A stretch of DNA of 64,000 nucleotides from Acidobacteriota bacterium (GTDB lineage Bacteria > Acidobacteriota > Thermoanaerobaculia > Gp7-AA8), in the NCBI GenBank assembly GCA_019244185.1, contig JAFATB010000014.1:672001-736000 (forward strand), given 5' to 3'. The notes below the pieces were generated by a model. The model worked only from the letters and a program-made list of their open reading frames with translations, was not told the DNA's origin and searched no databases. The position numbers were made by a program, and so were the translations under genes. This document shows, in pieces, positions 48,126 through 57,334 of the stretch (its first letter is position 1; every line of letters begins with the position of its first letter).

Positions 48126-50753
48126 TCATCTCGTGTAAAGCCAATCGAACGGCATGTAGTACGCGAGGTGCGACGCGAAATCCGTGTGCAATGCGGCATG
48201 CAACGCCCAAAGAATCAGCGCGCTGACGGCGAGGTTCTTGAGCAGGCGTCCGAGGGACCAGCCGGGGCTCGTTTGCACGACCACCTCACCGCTGGTGGCG
48301 GGGTCGTACTGAACGTATTCGAACTCCCAGACACTCCTGTCGATGTCGGCGGGATCGAGGATGCGGATTACGTCGCCTGGCGCGAGTTTCGATTGCGGCG
48401 GCGTAAGATAGCCGGAGGTGTCGTTCAAGTACTGTTGATGACCGGCGCGAGTTACCGTGCCCACGGTCGTGTCATCGAGTTCGGATCCGTGCTTCGGCAA
48501 CAGCAGCGCGCCGGCGGCGTCGCCGTCCCCGATCGCGATGGGGCCGAAACCGAGCGGCACGAAACGGCCTGTCTGGAATCGCCAGAAGCGTTTCACGAGA
48601 TTGGACTGCCCCCAAGTCCGGAGCGCGACGACCAACGACCCGAGAAGCAGAAACATCGCACTGGCGACGATGACGCCGTGCAAGGTGAGCTTTCCCAGAA
48701 GCGGCAGCGTCAGCGGTCTGGGATTGTGGAACACCGGTTTCGGCTCGAGGGTCATACCGAGGTCCGACGCGATGTGAATCTGCAACTCGCGCCGGATCGG
48801 ATGGGTCGACCAGCCGCTGTTCGGGTCCGGCGTAACGACGAGGTCGAGATGCGCGCCTCCTCCAGGGGGGAGATCGACTGGGCCGTAACGAAGTTTTCCA
48901 GACTCGAACGGTTCTCCTTCCAGGGATTCGCCATTCACGTTCAGCGCGAGGTCGGCAATCTTTCCCGTCAAAGGATCGGTGATCGCCTCGGGGATCGTGA
49001 CGGTGAACTGGCTCGCAGCGCTGAGATTCGTCTGCAGAGTACCCAAACGGACTGACCGCGTTTTGGATGGGTCCCACCACAGTGCGAACGATTTTCGCTC
49101 GTGTGCGAGGACGAACTTCGGAACGCTGACTTCGACGGTGAAGGGGATGGTGAGGCTCGGCGCGTCGTTCGTGCTGACGATGATGGACCCTGGGTATTTC
49201 CCTGGCTTCGGCAGCGGCCGTGATGGATCCATCGTCAGGCGGAGATGCAGTTCGAGCCCGCCCGGTGGAATCGTGTATCGCGCGGGTGCCGGCCGGATCT
49301 CGCTGCCGTTTGCCGTGAGTTTGCCGATCCCCGCTGGCACGCTCCAGGTGAACGAGGCTGCCTCCGGTCGGGAAGGCGTACCTTGGGCAAACTCTGCGAA
49401 GACTTTGAAAGACTCTTCAACGTCGGGATGCGCAGCGCTCAACGGGGGATCGAAGGCGAAGTTTTCCGGCGACGCGCGGAGGATCGGAGGTGGCTCTTGC
49501 ACGGCCAGATACTCGATGCGCGCCTCGGCGCGGTTCATCAACGCCGGCAGTTCGACGTGCACGATGACTTTGTGCTTACCCGGAGTAGCAGGGACATTAA
49601 ACGTGCCGCGGAAATTGTTGAATGCGATTGCCGTCGACCCACCTGCCGCGGTTTGTACCTCGCCGCTGACCTTCGCATCCGTAGCCGCAACCGGTCCGCT
49701 CGCCGTGACGGCGACGACGTCGATCGCGACTTGCTGATTGAAGAGATATTGCGGTTGCTCCGGCGCTGCTTTGATCGCCACGCGGAGATTCGACAGTGCC
49801 TCCATGAAAAATCGCAGCCCGAGGTGCCCTTGCGCGCCCGGCCTGGTGACACGAATCTGCAGCCGATAGTGGCCGGGTGCGCTAAAAAATGCCGTCCACG
49901 CCGCGATGCGCGGTACTCCTTCCGGCTCGACCGTGTACCGCTGCTCGCTGAACGTGGAACCGGTGAGCGAAAAGTCGATCTCTCCAGGCGCGAACTCCGT
50001 CGGATGATCGAGGATGAGCGTCAATCGCGCGCGATCGACGCCCGGCGGCACGGTGAACTCATGTTCCGTGACGTTTGACGCGAGCGTCCCGCCATCCAGA
50101 GGATAGATATTGTCGAGATTACCGACCAGTTCTTTCGCCTTTTGCAGCAATTCTTGATGCTGTTTGGCGATGAGCGTCCTGCCGCCGGTCGGAAGCGTGA
50201 GAGTGTCGAGGAATCTCTGATCGATATTGGTCGTCACGCCCAGGGCGAAGATCTGAATACCGGCCGCTACAGCGTGAGGGACGATTGCCGAAGTGATCGG
50301 CGTCGAAGTCGTCGGCATGCCGTCTGAGATCAGCACGATGCGACGTAGCGATGCCTTCGAGGTCGCAAGAATCGTGAGTGCATCGTCAAGCCCGGCCGCC
50401 ATGTTCGTACCGCCCGCTGCGACCGGCAAACGTCCGGCCTGAAGTCTTCTACGGATTTCGTCTGGCGGGTGCAGTCGGCCGTCGGTTGTCGTGCCGTCAG
50501 AAAAAAACACGACACCTGCCTGCACATCCGACGCGAGCTCCACGGCGTCGAGGATCAGACTGGCGGCGACTCCGCGCAGCGACAGTGGATCGGAGCCGGT
50601 CGGCCCGCCCATGGAACTCGAATTGTCGATGACGAACACGATGTCCTGCTTCGACAGCGGCGGCAGCGCCGACTGCGCGAACGCCGTCGCAGTCATCATC
50701 GGAAGTACGCACAGGACGGCGAACAGCGTCACGCAACGTGCTGGAGTAGGCAT
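48126..50753 (-). CDS. Exported vWA + Ig-like domain membrane protein with possible degenerate FHA tail
   Basis: Signal peptide from MPTPARC; DIVFVIDNSSSM, GGTNM, VLISDG; TM, then YLNDTSG...KLAPGDVIRI; final hydrophobic segment. Confidence 0.8.
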   Translation of the reverse strand: MPTPARCVTLFAVLCVLPMMTATAFAQSALPPLSKQDIVFVIDNSSSMGGPTGSDPLSLRGVAASLILDAVELASDVQAGVVFFSDGTTTDGRLHPPDEIRRRLQAGRLPVAAGGTNMAAGLDDALTILATSKASLRRIVLISDGMPTTSTPITSAIVPHAVAAGIQIFALGVTTNIDQRFLDTLTLPTGGRTLIAKQHQELLQKAKELVGNLDNIYPLDGGTLASNVTEHEFTVPPGVDRARLTLILDHPTEFAPGEIDFSLTGSTFSEQRYTVEPEGVPRIAAWTAFFSAPGHYRLQIRVTRPGAQGHLGLRFFMEALSNLRVAIKAAPEQPQYLFNQQVAIDVVAVTASGPVAATDAKVSGEVQTAAGGSTAIAFNNFRGTFNVPATPGKHKVIVHVELPALMNRAEARIEYLAVQEPPPILRASPENFAFDPPLSAAHPDVEESFKVFAEFAQGTPSRPEAASFTWSVPAGIGKLTANGSEIRPAPARYTIPPGGLELHLRLTMDPSRPLPKPGKYPGSIIVSTNDAPSLTIPFTVEVSVPKFVLAHERKSFALWWDPSKTRSVRLGTLQTNLSAASQFTVTIPEAITDPLTGKIADLALNVNGESLEGEPFESGKLRYGPVDLPPGGGAHLDLVVTPDPNSGWSTHPIRRELQIHIASDLGMTLEPKPVFHNPRPLTLPLLGKLTLHGVIVASAMFLLLGSLVVALRTWGQSNLVKRFWRFQTGRFVPLGFGPIAIGDGDAAGALLLPKHGSELDDTTVGTVTRAGHQQYLNDTSGYLTPPQSKLAPGDVIRILDPADIDRSVWEFEYVQYDPATSGEVVVQTSPGWSLGRLLKNLAVSALILWALHAALHTDFASHLAYYMPFDWLYTR

Positions 50754-50809
50754 GGTCGATTGGCTCCCGTGCATCTTGGACACGTCGGACCAGACAGATG
50801 TGAGACGCG

Positions 50810-53800
50810 TCAGTGCGCCGTCCAACGGCCTTGCGGATCGCCGGTCAGGGTGAAGGCTGCCCAGGCGGCCGGGCTGCGGAAGCGTGGATTCTTCAGCATC
50901 TCGCACTGTGCATCACGCAATGCCTCCGCGGCAGTGGCTCCGTGCAGGAGATGCTCGTAGAAGATCTTCATCAACGCTTCGGCGGCGTCATCGCCGATGT
51001 CCCACAGCGACGCGATGACTCCGGGTGTACCGCCATAGAGGAACGCTCGGGTAAGGCCGGTGATCTCATCGCCGCCGCTGCGGACGCCTGCCCCGGTGCT
51101 GCACGCAGACAGGACGACCAGATTGACGCCCGTGAGATCGACGTCAGAGAGGATCTCGTGAACTTCGAGATTCCCGTCCCGCGTCTTTGTCGGTGCGAGG
51201 GCGATACGGCTGAAGAGCGGATTTCGTGCGTCGTATTCACCGTGGGCGGCGATGTGTACCAGATCGTATTTGCCGGCCAATCCGTAGAGAAGTTCCTCAG
51301 TGGCCTCTTTGCCGAGGACCGGCTTCACGCCGAGAGCGCGAGCGATGTCTTCCGCTTCACGCTCTGCGCCCGGTAGCCGCTGCCGCTCCGATCCCGCGTC
51401 CGGATCTCCGAGGACGAGCGCGTGGCCCGTGACGGGGGACTCCTTCTGGCGAAGGAAGGCAATCGCGCTCGCGCTCGGCGCGTAAGTCAGGGTGTAATCC
51501 TGAACGAGATAGCGTTCGTTCTGAGGATTCTGGAGCGCGCCAAACGGCACATAATGCAAGACGCCGTGCGGGACGATCCAGACGCGTGTCGTACGGATGT
51601 ACGGCCGCACCGGCGCAAAGATCTTTGTGTAAAGTTCTCGAGCGTCAGCAGGCGGCGCGCATGGTGATAGCGGTGTTCCGCTGCGGCTTGCGGCCAGCAC
51701 ATTTGACCAGCAAAGCGCGCGCTGCTGATCGTTCCGATCGAACGGCAGTTTCACGTGCGTTACGTGGTCGCGATCGACGATCCATGCGTACGAGCCGAAC
51801 GGCGAGAGGAAATAGCTGACCAGCGTCGTGCCGGGGTCGAGCTGGTGCTGAACGTCACGTGTCGTCAGCGGTTCTACTTTAACCGTGGACGTGTACTCGG
51901 GATTTGCGGCTTTGAGACGGGTGAGCAATGCGCGATACCTGTCGCGGCCTTCCTGCAGATCCTTGTCGAGTTTGACGCTCGGCTGGCTGGCCCGCTGCTG
52001 TTCCCAGCGAGCGATGTTCAGGCGCAACGCTTCGGCCTCGGCAGCGAGAGGATCACGGCCGTGAGCCGGCTGGATTCGCGTATTGCCGATGACCTGCAGA
52101 AACGCACGGGCGCGAGCTCGCTCGGAGTACGCAAATGCCTCGTCTGAACGGCCGGCGCGGAGTAGTTGCTCGATGATCAGGTCAAAGTAAATTCCGCGGC
52201 CGCTGCCGAGATATCCGGCGAGCAATTCCTCGACCCGTACGTCATAAATTGTGCCTTCAATGGCCTTCGCGGCACGCTCGAGGTGTTCAATCGCGCCGCC
52301 TGCGTCTTGCTCCTTCCAATACGTGACGCCAAGGAGCGCCTCGTAGGAGGCCAGCAGATCGCCGTTCCCGCTTGCCTGGATTGCCTTTTGTAGCAGCTCT
52401 CGCGCAGCTTTCGTCTGATTTGTTTCCAGCAACACCTTGACGCGCGCCACGTAGGAGAGCGATGCGACGTTGGGAAGGGGAGCGGAACTGTCGAGTGGGC
52501 CGCTGGAACCCGGCATGCCACCGCGCATCCCGATGATGGCGAGCATCGCTTGCTCGGTATTCGTATCGAACATCAAGCCCTCGGCTTCCGCGGTGCGGAA
52601 AGCGTTGGCGAGTGTCTGCTCGGCGGCTGCCGCGCTTCCTTTGCCGGCCATGAAGGCCTTCACGGCCGCGATCGATTCGAGTACATCGCACGCGAGCGTG
52701 AAGCCGCTGCGATTCGCCAGTTCAATCCCGCGCGCCAACGCCTCGTTCGCGCTGTCGTCAGCGTCCATCAGCATGTAAACGTCGGCCAATATGCTCCAGG
52801 CAGAGGCCTCGAGATAAGGCAGCTTCGAGTTTTGAAACAGCCGGATGGACGTTTCCAGTTGGTTGGCGGCGGTGCCATAGTGGCCGCGCATCATGTTCAA
52901 GGAACCGAGATCCACGTAGACTGTTGCCTGGTCGCTGAGATTGTTCGCGGTGGTGGCCAGTTGCAGCGCTTCCTCCAGCGTCGTTTCCGTGTCCGTAAAA
53001 CGGCTGAAACGCAGGTATAGGTCTGCTCGGTCGGTCAGAACGTCGACCACGCGGTGGGCGTCGTTCGATGGCCGAACGATTTCCAGTGCCTTGTCGTTCC
53101 AGGCCAGCGCGTCATCGAGGTGCCCCCCCAGCACTTCCAACTCGGCGAGTTTGCCGTAGATGTGGACACGGGTGAGTTCATCGAGATTTCCGATACGCGG
53201 TAAGCCCGGCACGGCGTTCAGCGCCTTCTTGTATTCCGTCCGGGCATCGTCGAATCGCCACTGCCTCCTGCGGAGATCGCCAAAATGCTGTGCGATCGAA
53301 CTGTCGAGAACCCCGCCGAACATCTGCTGTAACGTCGTGGCCTTCGTCAATTCGCGTTCCGCTTCATCCAACTTGCCGCACTCGAGCAAAGCGGAGCCGT
53401 ATGCGTCCCGGGTCACCGCTTCGGCAAACATGAGCAAAATCGGTTTGAAGACTTCTGTAGATTCGTCGCCGAGTGAAGACAGCATGTTGGCCTGCTGACC
53501 GAACGCCGCGGCCAGTGCCTGAAGTGACGTCGTGGAGAATGGCTTGTCGGGCGCCGCGGCATCGGCCAGGTGCTTCAGCGCCCGCTCGGCTGCTGACGCG
53601 GCAGCGTCGTAACGACCTTCGTGGCTTTCGAGCGACGCGCGCATCCAAAGGGCGACCCAGGCGCCGAACGAATCGCCGATGGTATCGAAGGTCGTGATCG
53701 CTTCTTCCAGGTTCAGCCGTGCTGATGGCGCGTCGTTCATCGCCATGTCGGTGATGGCGAGCATGAGCGAAGCGACAGCTTCGTTGGGTCGATCGGCCTG

Positions 53801-53950
53801 CGCTCGATAAGCCTGCTGCGCGGCGATGATTTTGTCGCGCGCGGCGGCGGTTTGCCCGGCCACGATCATCGGGCCAATATTCGCGAGCCTGTCGTCGTTG
53901 GCCGCCGCAGGCGATGCCAGTAGCATGAAAACCACGAGGAGTCGTTTCAT
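50810..53950 (-). CDS. Exported TPR + CHAT protease
   Basis: Signal MKRLLVVFMLLASPAAA; ERARARAF, PHGVLHYVPF, VHIAAHG, VLSACSTG, ASLWDIGD and AWAAFTLTG. Confidence 0.92.
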   Translation of the reverse strand: MKRLLVVFMLLASPAAANDDRLANIGPMIVAGQTAAARDKIIAAQQAYRAQADRPNEAVASLMLAITDMAMNDAPSARLNLEEAITTFDTIGDSFGAWVALWMRASLESHEGRYDAAASAAERALKHLADAAAPDKPFSTTSLQALAAAFGQQANMLSSLGDESTEVFKPILLMFAEAVTRDAYGSALLECGKLDEAERELTKATTLQQMFGGVLDSSIAQHFGDLRRRQWRFDDARTEYKKALNAVPGLPRIGNLDELTRVHIYGKLAELEVLGGHLDDALAWNDKALEIVRPSNDAHRVVDVLTDRADLYLRFSRFTDTETTLEEALQLATTANNLSDQATVYVDLGSLNMMRGHYGTAANQLETSIRLFQNSKLPYLEASAWSILADVYMLMDADDSANEALARGIELANRSGFTLACDVLESIAAVKAFMAGKGSAAAAEQTLANAFRTAEAEGLMFDTNTEQAMLAIIGMRGGMPGSSGPLDSSAPLPNVASLSYVARVKVLLETNQTKAARELLQKAIQASGNGDLLASYEALLGVTYWKEQDAGGAIEHLERAAKAIEGTIYDVRVEELLAGYLGSGRGIYFDLIIEQLLRAGRSDEAFAYSERARARAFLQVIGNTRIQPAHGRDPLAAEAEALRLNIARWEQQRASQPSVKLDKDLQEGRDRYRALLTRLKAANPEYTSTVKVEPLTTRDVQHQLDPGTTLVSYFLSPFGSYAWIVDRDHVTHVKLPFDRNDQQRALCWSNVLAASRSGTPLSPCAPPADARELYTKIFAPVRPYIRTTRVWIVPHGVLHYVPFGALQNPQNERYLVQDYTLTYAPSASAIAFLRQKESPVTGHALVLGDPDAGSERQRLPGAEREAEDIARALGVKPVLGKEATEELLYGLAGKYDLVHIAAHGEYDARNPLFSRIALAPTKTRDGNLEVHEILSDVDLTGVNLVVLSACSTGAGVRSGGDEITGLTRAFLYGGTPGVIASLWDIGDDAAEALMKIFYEHLLHGATAAEALRDAQCEMLKNPRFRSPAAWAAFTLTGDPQGRWTAH

Positions 53951-53964
53951 AATCGCGCCTCACC

Positions 53965-56226
53965 TCAGTGGGACGGCAGCGACTCGACGATGAGCCGGTC
54001 GAGCGACCAGCCGCGCGTCTTGATGCGTTGACCGGAGCGTTTCTGCCCCACCGACGACAGCAATGTCTCGAGCGGTGACGCCGTGTCCCGCGTGCGCGTC
54101 TGAACGCCGTTCCATTCCAGCACCCAGGGATTTGGCAACGGTTCATCCGTCGACAGGAGAAAGTAGGTGTCCACTCCCCACGGCGGGGAAGCGACGAACG
54201 ATGCTGGCAGCGCGATTTCAGAAGGCGGTGCGGCAGCGTCCAACGGAAAGCGGTTTTCGACAGAGCTGGCCGGGTAGAGCAAAATACCGCGGCCCCAGCT
54301 ATCGATCAGAAAGGCATAAACGTAGCGGCGCGCGACAGTGGGCGATGGCGTCGCGCGTGCGCGCAGGCACAGACGATAATTCTCCCCTTCATGCAATAAA
54401 CTGTCTTCGACCCATGCACCATCGCGCAAACGGCGTACTGCCATGACGTACGGAAATGCAGAGTCCGGCGGTGCGTCCATCGTTTGCCATCCGTGGATGC
54501 GTGCGAGACGCAGCAGGTCGTCGTAAAAGAGGGCACCGGAATCTTCAGCCGCGGTTTTCCACGTGGTCCGTAGCGGCAAAACGCTGCGCCGCGCGTCATC
54601 AACGGCCAGCCCGGGCCGCACCCACGCGTATTCGACGGAATCCTCGGCGAATCGACCGGCGAGCACGTAATCGGCGACATCGGGATCGCTGACGAAAGTG
54701 ATATTGCCGCCGCTCTCCTCGTGCTCGTGTTCGATCTCGCTCACCGTCGTGCCTGAAAGGGGCACCTGCACGAACAATCTCGCATTTCGTGGCAGCGCTG
54801 CGATGATCGTTGCGGCATCCGTCTCTTTGGAGAATCTCGAACGCTGTCGGTCATCCGTCACGAGTTCCCATCCGGCATCGCGATAGCGCAACAGATGCGT
54901 GGGAGAGACGGAGGTTGGATCCTCCGTCCATCGCACGCCAGTGCGCACGGCGATCTCCTTCAACTGGCGGACGAACGGTTCGAGCGCCGTTGCCGTGGCC
55001 GGTAGCGCCACACGCAGAGGTGGTGACGGTGGGGCTGCCCATGTACGCATTTCGAAGAGATCGCCGGAGTGGACGGCCTTCGACGCAAGCCGCTCCGGGT
55101 TTCCATTCAGCCGCGCTTCGCAGGCTCCGTAGCCGATCAGCGCGGTTACGATCAGCTCCAAAGAGGGATCGGAAGCCGATCGTAGTTCGCTGCCTTCGGT
55201 GATGCCGTTGATCCAGCCTCCTTGCAAGACGATGCGATCGCCATCGACAGCGCGGACGGCGACGGCATTGTGGTGCGGCGCCGCGTCGTTGTTGCCAGCA
55301 AGGAACGGCCGGACGCGATCATTCGGTGCGGCGGCGAGGACTGGATCCTGGTCGGCGCGCTCCGCGCGCAAGCGAGCTTGCGCGCGGAGAAATGTGTCGA
55401 TTGTGGTCTCGTTCGGCGTCGCATCGCGCATGGCCCGGGCGAGCGCCCATGAAAATGCGCCATGCATCTTTCCTTCGGCGTCCAGCGTTTCCCACGCGAG
55501 ATCGAAATCCTGTGCCGCCGCCAGAATCACCGCGCCGCGATCCTCCGGCCGCGGGCCGGCGCCCGCGCCGTCAATCACGGCGCGCGAATCCGGCCTGACG
55601 CCGCGTACGGGCAGGCCACTCGGCATCCCTCGGCCGGCGGAGCCGCTGTGGCAACTGTCGAGAACGACCGTTAGCTGGGCTCCGCGATCGAGAATGGCAT
55701 TGAAAAGCCGGCGCAGTTCCTTGTCACGGATGTCTGCCGCTCCAAGAATCGCGTCGGCCGGCACGATCGTCTCATCGCGTCGATCGGGCTCTGTTGATTG
55801 GGGATTGAAAACCTGGGAGCCGTGGCCGGAGTAGTAAAAGAGAATGACGTCGTGCGCGGTGGCCTTCGACGCGAGCGCGCCCAAGGCCTGGAGAATGGCT
55901 GTGCGCGTGGCCTGCTGATCCTTCAATGTGATGATGTTCGATGCCGTGAACCCGTATCGGCCGGCGAGGAGCGTTGCCGCGGTTTCGACATCCATGACGG
56001 CACCGCGAAGATTGTTAATGCCGCGCGGATTGCGGATCGCGCTCCGTGCGATCGTCGACGCGCTGTAGTCGTTGATCCCCACGAGTAGCGCCCGCTTCAC
56101 CACCGCTGGGCGTGTGGCTGCTGCCGGTCCGGCTTGGATGCCGAACGAAGTTGCGGCCGTGGCTTGATGAACGAGACACAGAACGACACACGACGCCCAG
56201 CAGGCGTTCCAATACGGACTCCTCAA
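53965..56226 (-). CDS. Exported caspase-family (C14) protease with C-terminal DUF4384-like domain
   Basis: TTG start after a GGAGGT RBS; KRALLVGINDY, LRGAVMD, FYYSGHGSQ (His), LDSCHSG (Cys), HGAFSWAL and QDPVL. Confidence 0.9.
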   Translation of the reverse strand: MRSPYWNACWASCVVLCLVHQATAATSFGIQAGPAAATRPAVVKRALLVGINDYSASTIARSAIRNPRGINNLRGAVMDVETAATLLAGRYGFTASNIITLKDQQATRTAILQALGALASKATAHDVILFYYSGHGSQVFNPQSTEPDRRDETIVPADAILGAADIRDKELRRLFNAILDRGAQLTVVLDSCHSGSAGRGMPSGLPVRGVRPDSRAVIDGAGAGPRPEDRGAVILAAAQDFDLAWETLDAEGKMHGAFSWALARAMRDATPNETTIDTFLRAQARLRAERADQDPVLAAAPNDRVRPFLAGNNDAAPHHNAVAVRAVDGDRIVLQGGWINGITEGSELRSASDPSLELIVTALIGYGACEARLNGNPERLASKAVHSGDLFEMRTWAAPPSPPLRVALPATATALEPFVRQLKEIAVRTGVRWTEDPTSVSPTHLLRYRDAGWELVTDDRQRSRFSKETDAATIIAALPRNARLFVQVPLSGTTVSEIEHEHEESGGNITFVSDPDVADYVLAGRFAEDSVEYAWVRPGLAVDDARRSVLPLRTTWKTAAEDSGALFYDDLLRLARIHGWQTMDAPPDSAFPYVMAVRRLRDGAWVEDSLLHEGENYRLCLRARATPSPTVARRYVYAFLIDSWGRGILLYPASSVENRFPLDAAAPPSEIALPASFVASPPWGVDTYFLLSTDEPLPNPWVLEWNGVQTRTRDTASPLETLLSSVGQKRSGQRIKTRGWSLDRLIVESLPSH

Positions 56227-56284
56227 GAGACACCTCCGTCAGGCGGAAGAGCGGATTGTTGGGGAAAGTGGCGGGTAGGCGCGC

Positions 56285-57334
56285 CTAATACTGGATCATC
56301 GGGCAGAGCGTGCGGTCGTAGATGCCGCGGCCCGGCTCGATGCGCAGCCGCGTCAGTAATTCCGACCGCAGCGTTCCATCGGGATCCAGCGTTCGCCACT
56401 CGACTGCCGGCTCGTCGCTGCTCGTTCCGGCGTGCGGAATAGGACGCGTCGCCGGAGGTGTCTGCGCGAGCTGGTAATACTCCTCGAAATGCGTCCCGGG
56501 CCCGGGCGTCGGCGGAATCTCGCCAGCGGTTGCGACCTCGAACGATGGAATGTTCAACACTGCCACTTCCACGACGCCATCGAGGGGTGTCAGGTGCATG
56601 GTGCGCGTCGCGCCGCCGGCGAAGTCCTTGGATATCAGTTCCACCGCGTCGCCGGGGACGCGGATCTCCGCCATCACCCAGTTGGCGCCCGCCTGCGCGT
56701 AAGGGCCGTTTTCCGTAGCGCCGAGGGCGCGGAAGTACAGCGGCTTCACTTTGCCGTCGATCCGCACGAGCGAATACGTGGAGATCTTTCCGCGATCGAG
56801 TTTCAGACGTGCGGCCACGATGCTCGGAGGCTGCGCGGAAAGCACGGAGGCATTCAGAGGACCGAGCGTAGGCGATACTTGGTCGAGCGATGTGACCCAG
56901 CTGAAATCGGACAATTCGCGCCCGTTCGATGGAACCGGTCGCAGCCCATTTGCGTCCGCGCCACGCGTTCCGCTCTGCAGCCAGAGCGGCGGATGCAGGC
57001 AGCCGTCGCTGGCATCGGGTTTGTGAACCGAGATGTCGCTGCCGGCGAGTTGCCATGCGGCGCCGCCGGCGAGCGCCTCCTCCAGCGCGTCGAGCGCCTG
57101 AGATTCCGATTTGTCGCTGTAGAAAAACGTTGCGACGGCAGGATCGCGGCGTTCACAACTCCCGGTGCAGCTTTGCGCGCGCGCCAGCAGGAACGGTTGG
57201 TGATGCGGAAGAGTCGTGCCGTCCGACGTTTGATATCCATGCGTATTCAATAGAACGACATTGAGCTCTTTCTGGTCGGCGCTCGGAATGAACGCGATCA
57301 TCCCACTAAAGAGAATGCGGAGAACGAAATCCAT
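56285..57334 (-). CDS. Hypothetical protein translationally coupled to the CHAT gene
   Basis: ATG 57334 overlaps the CHAT stop (ATGA) after GGAGAA; begins MDFVLRILFSGMIAFIP; about 349 aa. Confidence 0.7.
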   Translation of the reverse strand: MDFVLRILFSGMIAFIPSADQKELNVVLLNTHGYQTSDGTTLPHHQPFLLARAQSCTGSCERRDPAVATFFYSDKSESQALDALEEALAGGAAWQLAGSDISVHKPDASDGCLHPPLWLQSGTRGADANGLRPVPSNGRELSDFSWVTSLDQVSPTLGPLNASVLSAQPPSIVAARLKLDRGKISTYSLVRIDGKVKPLYFRALGATENGPYAQAGANWVMAEIRVPGDAVELISKDFAGGATRTMHLTPLDGVVEVAVLNIPSFEVATAGEIPPTPGPGTHFEEYYQLAQTPPATRPIPHAGTSSDEPAVEWRTLDPDGTLRSELLTRLRIEPGRGIYDRTLCPMIQY

